Positions 33,301 through 42,300 of a DNA stretch of 64,000 bases are shown here, piece by piece. The notes under the pieces were generated by a model. It did not search any database. It worked only from the letters and a program-made list of their open reading frames with translations, and was not told the origin of the DNA. Origin of the DNA: Prasinococcaceae sp. CCMP 1430 (lineage: Eukaryota; Plantae; Prasinodermophyta); contig RQSC01000025.1 of NCBI GenBank assembly GCA_013416795.1, positions 69,832 to 133,831 of the forward strand, written 5' to 3'. The position numbers and the translations under genes were made by a program. The first letter of the stretch is position 1, and each line of letters begins with the position of its first letter.

Positions 33301-36300
33301 TTGGCTTTCACCGAGATGCGTACTTCCCACTCGCGTATGCCCTGAGCCTCAAGTGCTGCTCCTTCGTCGCTAGTAGCATCCGCCAGCGGCGCGAAGGTAT
33401 TGGCAAGCACGCGCGCGATGCGCTCGCCTAGGCTGTGGTCAGCGCCGAGGCCCGAGGAAGTAGTCGAGACCGTCGAGGCGTGCGACGACTCGACGCACGC
33501 TGGCGACGTCCACACCGCGAAGCAGTGCGCCCACTCGGCAGAGCGGCTCGCCATGAGTTCCGGCATCGTTGCAGCGACCGTGTCGCTCACGCGCTGCGAA
33601 AGGCCGGGGAGGACGCTCGAGTGCGCTTCGCACAAAGGAGGCGGCGCGCGCATGACACATTGGGCGAACATGCGGCGGAAGGGGCGGCGTCCGGCGCCTT
33701 CAACCAGGGAGAAGGCGGCACCGGCGCGGTGGCGCATGGTTGACCCGTCTGCGCGCGCGCACGGCGACGGTCGGGAACCGCCACCGCCAGTGCCAGTCGT
33801 CGCGATAGTGCTGGTCGCAAGCTCCGCGTGCGCAAGCGGCTGCGTCAGATGCAGCACGCGGCACGTTTCCATGAGGTCGGCCTCGGCTGCCTCGAGGCCT
33901 TTCAGCTCGATCACTTCGTCGAAGTATCCCGTCCCTCCCACCGCGCGCCACCGGAAGGAGTGCCGGGCGGGCGCGGACGTGCCACGGCTGGCGAGCACAG
34001 TAACGAGCTCGACGCCTGCGGCACGGAGTGATGCAGACGCGGCCACCAGGGCGGGGCGGAGGCCCTCCATGACCACCTCGAGCGTCTCGCGTGCGCTGTT
34101 GTCGTTGGGGCCGTCGAAGGAATCCGACGCCGAGCCCCAGCTGCGCTGCCGGACGTGCCCGCGGCCGCCCGCTCCGGAGCGGCGGCGGGTCTGCTCCAGG
34201 AGCATGAGCGCGTCGAGAGATACATGTAGCACCGACACGCCGTTCGCTCCGCATGTGCTGGCGCGTGCTGCGCGGACAGCCGACACCGACGCGCCGATCG
34301 ATGCCGCTCTGACCGCAAGGTCGGACGCCGCGCGGGGCAGGCTGTCCCAGGTGCGAATGACCAGCATCATGCCCGTCTGCGTCACTGAAGGCGCACTAGC
34401 GGCATGCGCGGGTGCCGCACCGGCAGCACTGCGCGGTGCGCCGCTGGGGAGGTAGCGCACGCCGGGCAGAGCGAAGCCGACGTTGAACTCCCACGCCGCT
34501 GAATCGAAGTCTCCACCAAGCACGCCCACATCCGAGGCCAGCAATGGCCCGTAGATCCTCGCCACGTACGCTTTCATGGCGCGCGATCGCAGCGATGGCG
34601 ACGCGTGGTTGAACAGGGCCGGCAGCGCCTCTTCGATTGGGGCATCGCGAGCGAGCAGGCTGAGCAGGCCGGTGGTGCCATCGCGGGCGTCGTCGAGGAG
34701 CTGCGCCCCTGCCGGCGTTGCACCCTGCGCCAGCCTCGCGAGTGCCTCGGCGGACTGTCTCGAGTGCATCGTCCCGCTGGTCTCCTTGACGAGCTGCAGG
34801 TCAGAGAGCGCCCGGGCGCACACCGAGCGTAGCTCGGCGAGAGCGCCACGCTCCAGAATCGAGCGCGCCAGCGAGGACAGCGCCGCGCACTGCGGCGAGT
34901 GCGACATCATCGACGACAGGCGGCGCAGCTCGCTCACGTGCCGCGCGGGATTCGGCAGCACGACGCTTGAGAGCAGGACGTGCAGCATCGCCGCAGACTC
35001 CTCGGAGGCGGCGTGTGCACGTGCGGCGCCTACGATGTCGGCGATGCTGCTGTCCCACGGACCGATCTTTGCGCGAACGGACCCCTCGCTGGGCGCCCCG
35101 CCGGCAAACGCGTCCTGTATGCACAGGAATCTGCCTACGAGCTCGGCGATCACCCTGTGCGCGTGTCCCGCGCGGCCGCCTTCGAAGCGCCGCAAGCATT
35201 CGCATATGGACCTCGAGTTTGGATCGCTGCCGTCCGTGCGCTCCTCGACCCAGGCGAGCAGCTGGGCAGCCGGAAGCTCGGGCGCCGAACTGCTGCCACC
35301 AAGAGCGCGCTCGTACTCGCCCGTGATGGCAGCATCGCTTTGCACGAGGTTCCGCTCGAAGGTGTCGACTGCTCGCGTCAGGTGCTCGCGCACCTTTGAG
35401 GGCAGGCGGGCGCCGTGCTTGCCGAGCACGTCGCGGAACGCAAGCAGCGGCAGCCACGCATCGTCCATCGCCTCGACGAGGTCTTGGGCCGTCGTGGTGG
35501 GCGAATCGTTTGCGGGTGCGAAGCCGTCCACGAGCCAGCGCGCAGCCTCGTGCGCGTCAACGAATCGCCTGTGGGCGTTCGTTGACGTGGTGGACGCGCC
35601 AGTGGAGCCCTTGAAGCCGCCGCGGAAGCGAGGCGTGCCGCGTCCCCCGCTCGTCCCGCTCTCTCCGTTGGCGGCGACGCGCGCCAGCTCGTCGCCCGCC
35701 GAGATGCTCTGGCCTTCGGAGGCCTTCCACGAGATGACGCCGCTCGCGCTTGTCAGCAGCGGCATGCACATCTTCATGACCTCGACCTCTGCGAAAGGTG
35801 TGCCCTCGACGACCTCCTCTCCGTCGGCCGCCAGACAGCGCACGAGGCGCCCGTTCGACGGCGCGACGAACACCGACGGGTCCTTTTCGTTGGCCAGCAA
35901 GCAGCGCCTTCCATCGATGATCAGGCGCGTGCCCGCGGGCTCCTCCTGCGCGTACACGACGTGGCTCGCATCGTCCAGACGCACGAGCAGTCCTCCGTCT
36001 CGCAGTCGATGCGCATCCACGTGCACTTGCTGGCGCTCGTCAGAGGTCTGCGTCGAGACAGAAGGTGCCAAGTGGAGGGGCGAGGCGTCCAGCTTTCCCG
36101 CTGCTGCCGCGGCGGCGGCCGTCGGACTGGTCGGTAGCGCGCCAGTGCTGCTTGCGTCGCCGGTGCCGGGAACCAGGCTGATAGTCCACCTCTCGGGGCC
36201 GTTCTGTGACACGCGCATGCTGACTCTGAATCCGCCGATCACCATCTCGTGCTCGTATACGGTGAGGGAGATGCCCTCGGGGGGCATCTGCCCCCGCGCG

Positions 36301-38252
36301 AGGAAGGCTGCGCACTCGGTGTGGCGCGCCGAGGAGTCATTGAGCGACCGATAGAGCCCGCCACAGGCCACTGCGAGGTGATACGGCGGTTGGCCCTCGG
36401 TGATTCGCATGGCGATGCGCTCGTCTAGCCAGCCCGTGTGGATGTCGTTGCTCGCGAATTCGGCGGTCTGCATGAGCTCGCTCACGTAGCTGGTGATGGT
36501 GTGTATTTCGCCGCGAACCACGAGCGACTGCAGCGCTAGCACGAGCGATGAAATGGCCGTCTGCCGGTCGGCGCCGAAGCCAAAGATGTGCCCGAATTGC
36601 GAGTCGCTGTACTCGTGGATGTGGCCGTCCGTCTTGATGCTAAAGTACCCCCACGCGGAGGGCGTTGAACGAAACATGAGCTCCGAAACCGCTCCTGTGG
36701 TCGGCTTGAAGCCGTCGTTCGGATCTTCACTCGTCACGCGAGCCGCGATGACGTGCCCACGTGGCGGTGCGGGCTCCGTGGCGTCGAAGTCGATGGGTGC
36801 GACGTCATCCCCAGCCGTCGCGCGACCACGCGCGCCGTAGAGCGCGCGAATGTCGTCCAGCGCCCAAAGCGGAGCGCCCATGGCGATGCACAGCTGCGCA
36901 GCTGGAATGTTGCACGACGTGATCCACTCCGTCGTTGGGTGCTCCACCTGCAGGCGCGGGTTGAGCTCGAGGAAGAAGAAGGCGTCGTCCTCGGGTATGT
37001 ACAGAAACTCGGCGGTGGCAGCTCCTACGTACCCGACTGCTGCGGCGAGCGATCGGGCGGCCTGCTCCATCGCGCGGCGCGTGCCAGGGGGCACAGCCGA
37101 GGCGGGCGCCTCCTCGATCACCTTCTGGTGGCGGCGCTGCACGGTGCAGTCTCGCCCGTGCAGCGCGGCCACGTTGCCGTGGCTGTCGCACAGCAGCTGC
37201 ACTTCGACGTGGCGGCACACGGGCGCGCAGCGCATGAGAAACACTGGGCTGCCCGGCACCTCAGCCGTCACCTGCGGGAATACCGCGCGGGCCTCCTCGG
37301 CGCTCTCCACGCGGCGGATGCCGCGCCCCCCGCCGCCAGCGCTGGCCTTGATCATGAGGGGGAAGCCCACCGAGACGGCCCTCGCGGCCGCCTCGTCGGC
37401 GCTGGCGACGCACGCCGCCTCGTATGCTTCCTCGGGGATCTCCAGGCGCCGACACTGCTCGTAGGAGCACTCGACGTGCGAACCAGACCACGGGAGGGTG
37501 GGCACGCCCGCGGCCTGCGCGAGGATCTGGGAGGCCACCTTGTCGCCGAGGGCGGCCATCGCGTGCGCGGGCGGGCCCAGAAAGGCGACCCCGATGGCAT
37601 CCAGCGCACGCGGGAGTTCGGGATTTTCTGAGGCGTGTCCCCAGCCGGGCCAGACGGCGTCGCAGCCGGCGCTGGCCGCGACGTCGGCGATGAGCGCCGG
37701 ATTGCCGTAGTTGTTGGCGCTCGTGCCGCCGGGCACCTCGACGAAGTGGTCCGCCATGCGGATGTACTCCTGATTGGAGGCCAGATCCTCGGGTGTGGCC
37801 ATCGCCACGATGCTCAGGGCGGGCTCGGCGGCGCTCGTCGCCGCGGCCGCGCTCGCGTACGACAGCGTGGCGCCGGCAGGGCCCGCAGCAGCGGCGGCGG
37901 GGGCCGCCACATCGCCGGCGCCGCCCGCGCGCTGCGCGAATGCCCACTGTCTCACGGACCTGATGAATTTGCACGCCGCCATGCCATTGTTGGCGACGAG
38001 CACGCGCCGCAGCGCGCGCGTCGCACGCAGGCGCGACGCCAGCGCCGGCGGCCCGCCTCCTACCCGCTGGGGGGCGCCGCTGGTGACGACGTCGACCTCG
38101 TCGCCGCCTCCGCCCGTCCGCCCCTCGGCCTCACTGATGAAGAAGCTGTCGTTGCTCATCGCCGAGCCGCCGGAGCCGCCCGAGCCGCCCGAGCCGCCCG
38201 AGCCGCCGGAGCCGCCGGAGCCGCTGTCGCTCACCGGGCTATCCAGCCCCAT
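30369..38252 (-). CDS. ACC1: Homomeric (multidomain) acetyl-CoA carboxylase, intronless
   Basis: BC domain (VLVANNG, WPGWGHASENP, MIKASAGGGGRG, QRRHQKVIEE, ELNPRLQVEH), biotin-Lys EVMKM, CT domain (ANDVT, NSGARMG, GLGVESL, GIGAYL, WRGFSGG, GGAWVVID). The start may be 38252 or 38159. Confidence 0.95.
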   Translation of the reverse strand: MGLDSPVSDSGSGGSGGSGGSGGSGGSGGSAMSNDSFFISEAEGRTGGGGDEVDVVTSGAPQRVGGGPPALASRLRATRALRRVLVANNGMAACKFIRSVRQWAFAQRAGGAGDVAAPAAAAAGPAGATLSYASAAAATSAAEPALSIVAMATPEDLASNQEYIRMADHFVEVPGGTSANNYGNPALIADVAASAGCDAVWPGWGHASENPELPRALDAIGVAFLGPPAHAMAALGDKVASQILAQAAGVPTLPWSGSHVECSYEQCRRLEIPEEAYEAACVASADEAAARAVSVGFPLMIKASAGGGGRGIRRVESAEEARAVFPQVTAEVPGSPVFLMRCAPVCRHVEVQLLCDSHGNVAALHGRDCTVQRRHQKVIEEAPASAVPPGTRRAMEQAARSLAAAVGYVGAATAEFLYIPEDDAFFFLELNPRLQVEHPTTEWITSCNIPAAQLCIAMGAPLWALDDIRALYGARGRATAGDDVAPIDFDATEPAPPRGHVIAARVTSEDPNDGFKPTTGAVSELMFRSTPSAWGYFSIKTDGHIHEYSDSQFGHIFGFGADRQTAISSLVLALQSLVVRGEIHTITSYVSELMQTAEFASNDIHTGWLDERIAMRITEGQPPYHLAVACGGLYRSLNDSSARHTECAAFLARGQMPPEGISLTVYEHEMVIGGFRVSMRVSQNGPERWTISLVPGTGDASSTGALPTSPTAAAAAAAGKLDASPLHLAPSVSTQTSDERQQVHVDAHRLRDGGLLVRLDDASHVVYAQEEPAGTRLIIDGRRCLLANEKDPSVFVAPSNGRLVRCLAADGEEVVEGTPFAEVEVMKMCMPLLTSASGVISWKASEGQSISAGDELARVAANGESGTSGGRGTPRFRGGFKGSTGASTTSTNAHRRFVDAHEAARWLVDGFAPANDSPTTTAQDLVEAMDDAWLPLLAFRDVLGKHGARLPSKVREHLTRAVDTFERNLVQSDAAITGEYERALGGSSSAPELPAAQLLAWVEERTDGSDPNSRSICECLRRFEGGRAGHAHRVIAELVGRFLCIQDAFAGGAPSEGSVRAKIGPWDSSIADIVGAARAHAASEESAAMLHVLLSSVVLPNPARHVSELRRLSSMMSHSPQCAALSSLARSILERGALAELRSVCARALSDLQLVKETSGTMHSRQSAEALARLAQGATPAGAQLLDDARDGTTGLLSLLARDAPIEEALPALFNHASPSLRSRAMKAYVARIYGPLLASDVGVLGGDFDSAAWEFNVGFALPGVRYLPSGAPRSAAGAAPAHAASAPSVTQTGMMLVIRTWDSLPRAASDLAVRAASIGASVSAVRAARASTCGANGVSVLHVSLDALMLLEQTRRRSGAGGRGHVRQRSWGSASDSFDGPNDNSARETLEVVMEGLRPALVAASASLRAAGVELVTVLASRGTSAPARHSFRWRAVGGTGYFDEVIELKGLEAAEADLMETCRVLHLTQPLAHAELATSTIATTGTGGGGSRPSPCARADGSTMRHRAGAAFSLVEGAGRRPFRRMFAQCVMRAPPPLCEAHSSVLPGLSQRVSDTVAATMPELMASRSAEWAHCFAVWTSPACVESSHASTVSTTSSGLGADHSLGERIARVLANTFAPLADATSDEGAALEAQGIREWEVRISVKAKAGEPSAQSSSFDAASWWRVIGEAPWGGRTGRITGVYREELDGNRPREGGLRLASGALLRRMVVDTNAGLTAAASAGPAEDTPILTAGDACDLLPALRAHEALSPIAQRRLTAARHDTVWIYDLPEALRLALQQVWRGQGRQPDRSCVAGEAGMKTGGECEDGAPLLSSVLLEINPRSDGLRLAPPSTPREVEGQLAMAAWRLVLRTPSCPSGRPCYLLANDVTVASGSFGPQEDELFARVARAASLEGVPLLYHASNSGARMGLARDVQARFKVAWVDDAQPTLGIDYLYLSETDMRELGGEAAAPVRTERREVAAPASSADAIEVRHVLHAVIGSEDGLGVESLMGSAKAATAFSRAYDETFTLTYVSGLSVGIGAYLARLGRRVIQRQDASIILTGAAALNKLLGRDVYANHHQLGGPRIHAHNGLSHMVVEDDKQGFRAMLQWLEHVPAFLTRSADPAQRSADGSCSLRAIAFDASTASTSDPRPYSPGAAVPDLVLGTAGVSPPLPIVRHTPEASAGPTSYAKDELSNTMRHLDAALARAHRAGGDHTTVDGAASGTQAATAATVHAYDALLRPPPCASDILKNTGGAAAGSSPPEPHELIPAVVDDGSFVELMESWAQTVVVGRATLGGIPVGVIATQVTAVTKVVPGDPGLSDSATDVDELQAGQVWYPDSAAKTAQALEDMAREALPVVVFACWRGFSGGRRDLYEGILQHGSGIVEALRTYEHPVTVYIPPSGELRGGAWVVIDTNINPDKIEVYADPSARGSILEPEGLIEIKLSGNRLDKAAQRFDTTLAAATRDAAQLSAAGDAVGAARASQKALARMTAAAPAYRAAAARFAALHDVPERMMAKGAIRDIVPLQHARAQLGMRLRRRVLVDALMRALRRSDPDLTPEAIVDTLRAAFLDDYLADEEGTYEALASRAWENDSEVARWAMSERAHATVDAACMRLRRARARRMHAAWEAELRALGD
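38164..38223 (-). repeat. 9-bp tandem repeat encoding (GGS)n linker at the ACC N-terminus
   Basis: GAGCCGCC[G/C] repeated about 7 times; translates as GSGGSGGSGGSGGSGGSGGS. Confidence 0.9.
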
Positions 38253-38610
38253 CCTTACTCGCTACGGCCTCGCGATGGCTCGCAAGCCGCCCGCCCGCCG
38301 CCACGCGGCCCCGGTCGCCGCGGGCGGTTCCCTGCTCGGAGTCCACTAACAGCCGGGCCGCGCTGCGCGCGCCAAACAGCCGTCGGCGGCCCGCGGGCAA
38401 ACAGTCGGCGGCCTGTGGCTCCCACCCTCCGCTCGCTCCGCAACGCGGGCGCGCCGGCCGCGCGCAGGCGCGATCGAATGTCGCCGCGCGAAAAATGGAC
38501 GGCCGCGGTCGCCCGGCCGGCGGCCGCATCGAAACGCAAGGGAAGCTTTTTTTCTTTTTCCCCCTTTTCATAAAAATCCAAGTCCTCCTCGGTGGTGGTG
38601 GCTGAGGACC

Positions 38611-38846
38611 TACCGTCAGATGGTACCGTACCATCACGATACCATGATGGTACATGTCGCTCAAACTCAAGCAACGTCACGTCTTCTTTGTTGGGGCCTC
38701 GATGCCGCCCGATGGCGATGGTCAGTCAACCCCAGCCCATCGGAGGCATACAGTACCATCATCGTACCATCATGATGGTACAGTACCATCATGACGGTAC
38801 GATCAGTGGTACCATCAGATGGTATGCGCCTGGGTGCCAGATGGCA
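38611..38846. promoter_or_regulatory. Cluster of TACCATC-N-GATGGTA palindromes in the ACC/subtilase divergent promoter
   Basis: TACCGTCAGATGGTA 38611-38625, TACCATGATGGTA 38640-38652, perfect GTACCATCATGATGGTAC 38764-38781, GTACCATCATGACGGTAC 38783-38800, TACCATCAGATGGTA 38810-38824, plus half sites. Regulatory function is inferred. Confidence 0.55.
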
Positions 38847-39390
38847 GCGCCTCGCACCTCGGTCCTTTCGGGGCATGCGTTGCTGGCGAGGCTCGTGAGG
38901 AATTGCAATTGTTCGCGCGCGCGCTATACGCGGCGCCATATTGCGGCTGCGGGGCGCTCGCCGGGGGCTGCGGCCCCCCTGCAAGAGGGGGGGGGCAAGG
39001 GGGGGGAGGGCAGCATACAGGCTGCCGGGCGGTTCGGCCGCAGGGACGGGCGCGGCGAGCCTGCGCGGCCAGGGACGCGGCGGAGATGTCGGACGAGTCC
39101 GACGCGGACGTGGCCGCGGCCGCGGCGCTCGCCGTCGCGCGCTGTGCGCGGCCCTTTTTTTTCCGGCGCGGCGCCTCGGAGAGCGCGGAGGTCAATTGTG
39201 AGAGGGCAGGGGCGGGCCGGGCGGCGAGCAGGGGTAGGGTGAGAGGGGGTGCCCAGGCGAGGCGCAGGCGGCGGGTGCGCGGCCGCCCGCCCGGCGGCGC
39301 TCGGCACGGGCGCTCCCCACGGAGGGTGCCGACGCGCACACAATTTATACAGAAGTCAGGAGAGCTGATCCCTCGCGCGGGGCCTCTGCC

Positions 39391-42300
39391 ATGCCGTGGC
39401 GGCGGCGACGCGGCGCGGGTAGCGACGCGGCTCGGGGAGGGAGGGCGACAGGCACGACGCTGGCGCGCTGTGCGGTCGCTGCCGCAGCCGTGGCGGCGGC
39501 CGAGCGTGCGTTGGCCGCTGCTGCAGACAAAGCACCCGCTGCCTCGCATCGGCATGATAAGGCGGCGCCCGACGATGCGGCGGCGCAAGCGATTTTTTTC
39601 CCCCTCTCCGTGAACGCGTCGGAGTTGACCACGGGCATCGGCAGCGAGGAGTCTGAGGAACACGCCAATCTCGCGGCGAATATCACGCTCTCCGCACCGC
39701 TGGTCACCGCAGTAATCGACGCGCCCGCTGCGACCTCGCCCCTGGACTCGCCTGGCGACTTTGAGCTCGTGACACGTGCACCGCAGGCTTCGCAGCCGTC
39801 GGCGGCCTTCCATCCAGCGTCTGGCACGGTGGAAGAGATGGCGGCGCGCAGGACGATCGTGGTGTTCCAGTCGGACATCGTCAGCGATGAGGACCTAGGG
39901 AGCTTATGCACCGGTCGACTTCCAGACACATGGGAAGACAGAGTGCTGGAAGAGCCACCTGCCGAGGGCGTCTCGAGGCAATGCAGCGAGGCGCTGCCCG
40001 AGATCGTGCGGCGAAAGCCGGAGCGGGTGGCGTGCGACGAGGCGGCGTGCTGCAGACGCACCTTCGACCCACTGCTGCTGCTGGGTGTGACGATCGAGGG
40101 ACCTGCGCCAGCGGTGGATGCGTGGCTTTTCTGCAGCGGGGAGTACGTACTCTTTACGGAACCGGATGCCGTGGTATTAGGGCCGTCGCTCGGACGCCCA
40201 CCAATGAGCGACCCAAGCGGGGGTGCGGACGGGGGCGGCAATGTCAGCAGCGGGAGCGGGCCTGACAGCACTGATGCGAATGATGGTCCGACAGTTGCGA
40301 ATACGGAAGAGCCCGAGGCCGAGCCCGCGCCCGAGCCCGAGCTCGAGCCCGAGCCCGAGCCCGCGCCTGAGCCCGAGTCGACCCTCATGTTTTCTCCTCC
40401 GTCGCCCTCATTTGCACCCACACCTACACCAGCGGGGTCACCCATGCTCGTGCCCGAGCCCGAGCCCGTCTCCGTCCCCGAGCCCGAGCCCGAGCCTGTC
40501 TCCATCCCCGAGCCCGAGCCCATCCCCGCCGCTTTGCCCGAGCCTCCGCCCGTGCCCGTCCCCGAGGCCCCGCCCGCGCCCTTGACAGAGCCTCCGCCAG
40601 CGCCCGGGCACGCGGTCGAGCAAAAGGCCGAGGAGGAGCCCGAGATCCAAGACAAAGACGCCGCAACCGATGACGCGGGAGCTCCAGACGAGAATGCACT
40701 GAGCGAGGACACACACTTGGGACGCCGAGCGCTGCTGACGCACACCCATGACTCCCCCAGCCTCGAGGCACAGGCCGGCGATGCCGTCGACAACCTGCTC
40801 GCGTCGCCCACCTGCCAGGACCCGTCCACGACCTCGTGGGCGCTGGATAGGATGGACCAGCGGCGGCGGCCTGACCTGCAAGCTCCCGCGAGGTATCGTG
40901 GGCTCGGCTGCGAGAGCGAGAGCGCGGCACCGAGCGGCGGCGGCGGCGGACCCGAGCTGCAGAACGCGACTGGCTTGGGGGTGTTCATCTATGTCATCGA
41001 CACCGGCGTGGACGCGCTTCATGCGGAGTTCCGCACGCAAGACGACAGGACGCGCACGGTCAAGGGCTACGACTACGTCGACGACATCGCCTCGGTGGTG
41101 GATTACGACGGGCACGGCACGGCGGTGGCTGCACTTGCCGCGGGCTCGACCACAGGCACGGCGCCGCGGGCAACGATCGTGCCGCTGCGCGCGCTGTCGA
41201 GGGGCACTGGGCTGAGTTCGCACCTCATATTGGCGCTCCAAATGGTCGCGACAGAGCATCACTTTCGGCCAGAGAATCCTTCGCTGGTGGTCATGTCGTT
41301 CACGACCCCAGCGAGCAACTCGCTCGCTCTGGCCAAAGCGATTGAGCGCGTCGTGGCGCTTGGGGTGACCATCGTCGCGGCGGCGGGGCAGACAATCTTT
41401 GGCCCGGGAAGCGATGCGTGCGATGTCACACCCGGTGGGCTGGATTCCGTGATCACAGTGAGCGGCTCGACGCCAGGCGATGAGTTCATGAACCACGCGA
41501 ATATGGGCCCCTGCGTCGACTTGTTTGCGCCGGCGGTGGACGTGCGAACGGCGTGCACGCGAAACTCAGCCTGCGAGGAGGTGCCGCCGGACGTGCCGGG
41601 CCTGAGCTCAGCCGGGTCGAGCGGCGTGGACCTCTCGTCGCAGGTGTTTCGCACGGGGCATTCGATCCCGTCCGGAGCAAGTGCGAACATGACCACGGGA
41701 TATGCCTCCGTGACAGGCACGTCGTTCGCCACGCCGCTCGTGGCGGGCGTCGTCGCCAGAGTGCTTTCCCGCTATCCCTTCGCACAACCGGCGGAGATCA
41801 AGGCGTTCCTGAAGCTGCACGCGACGCGCGGGGCCATCCGAAGCGCTCCTCCCCAGATGGGCGCAGGTGACAGGAACGTCACCACGAACCTGCTCGTCCA
41901 TACCTTGCTCGAGAGCGAGAAGCTCGCGGCCATCCCGTCGCTGGTGTCCCAGTGGCGCTGCTTGACGCATCCGGAGTGTCACGCCACCCTGTACGGCGAG
42001 GACGAAGCGGCAGACGCGACAGGCGACGACTCGCAGGGCGCCGCGCAAGGCCAAGGGGGTGAGAGCGAGGCCGCCGCGGGCCTCGACGCGAGCGCCATGA
42101 CGCCCACGAAGGACGAGAAGCCGGAGATGGACTTAATTGGCACCGCGTGGTCCGAAGAGATATCGCCCAGTGCGTTGCCCACGTTCGCATCGACGCCGCT
42201 CGGCACGCGTGTGGCGGTCGAGGGCGGCCTGGTCAGGGACGGAAAGGTGCAGGGCGTCTACGAGCTCGTCGACGGCCAGGAGGAGGGCGCGGGCTTCCGG

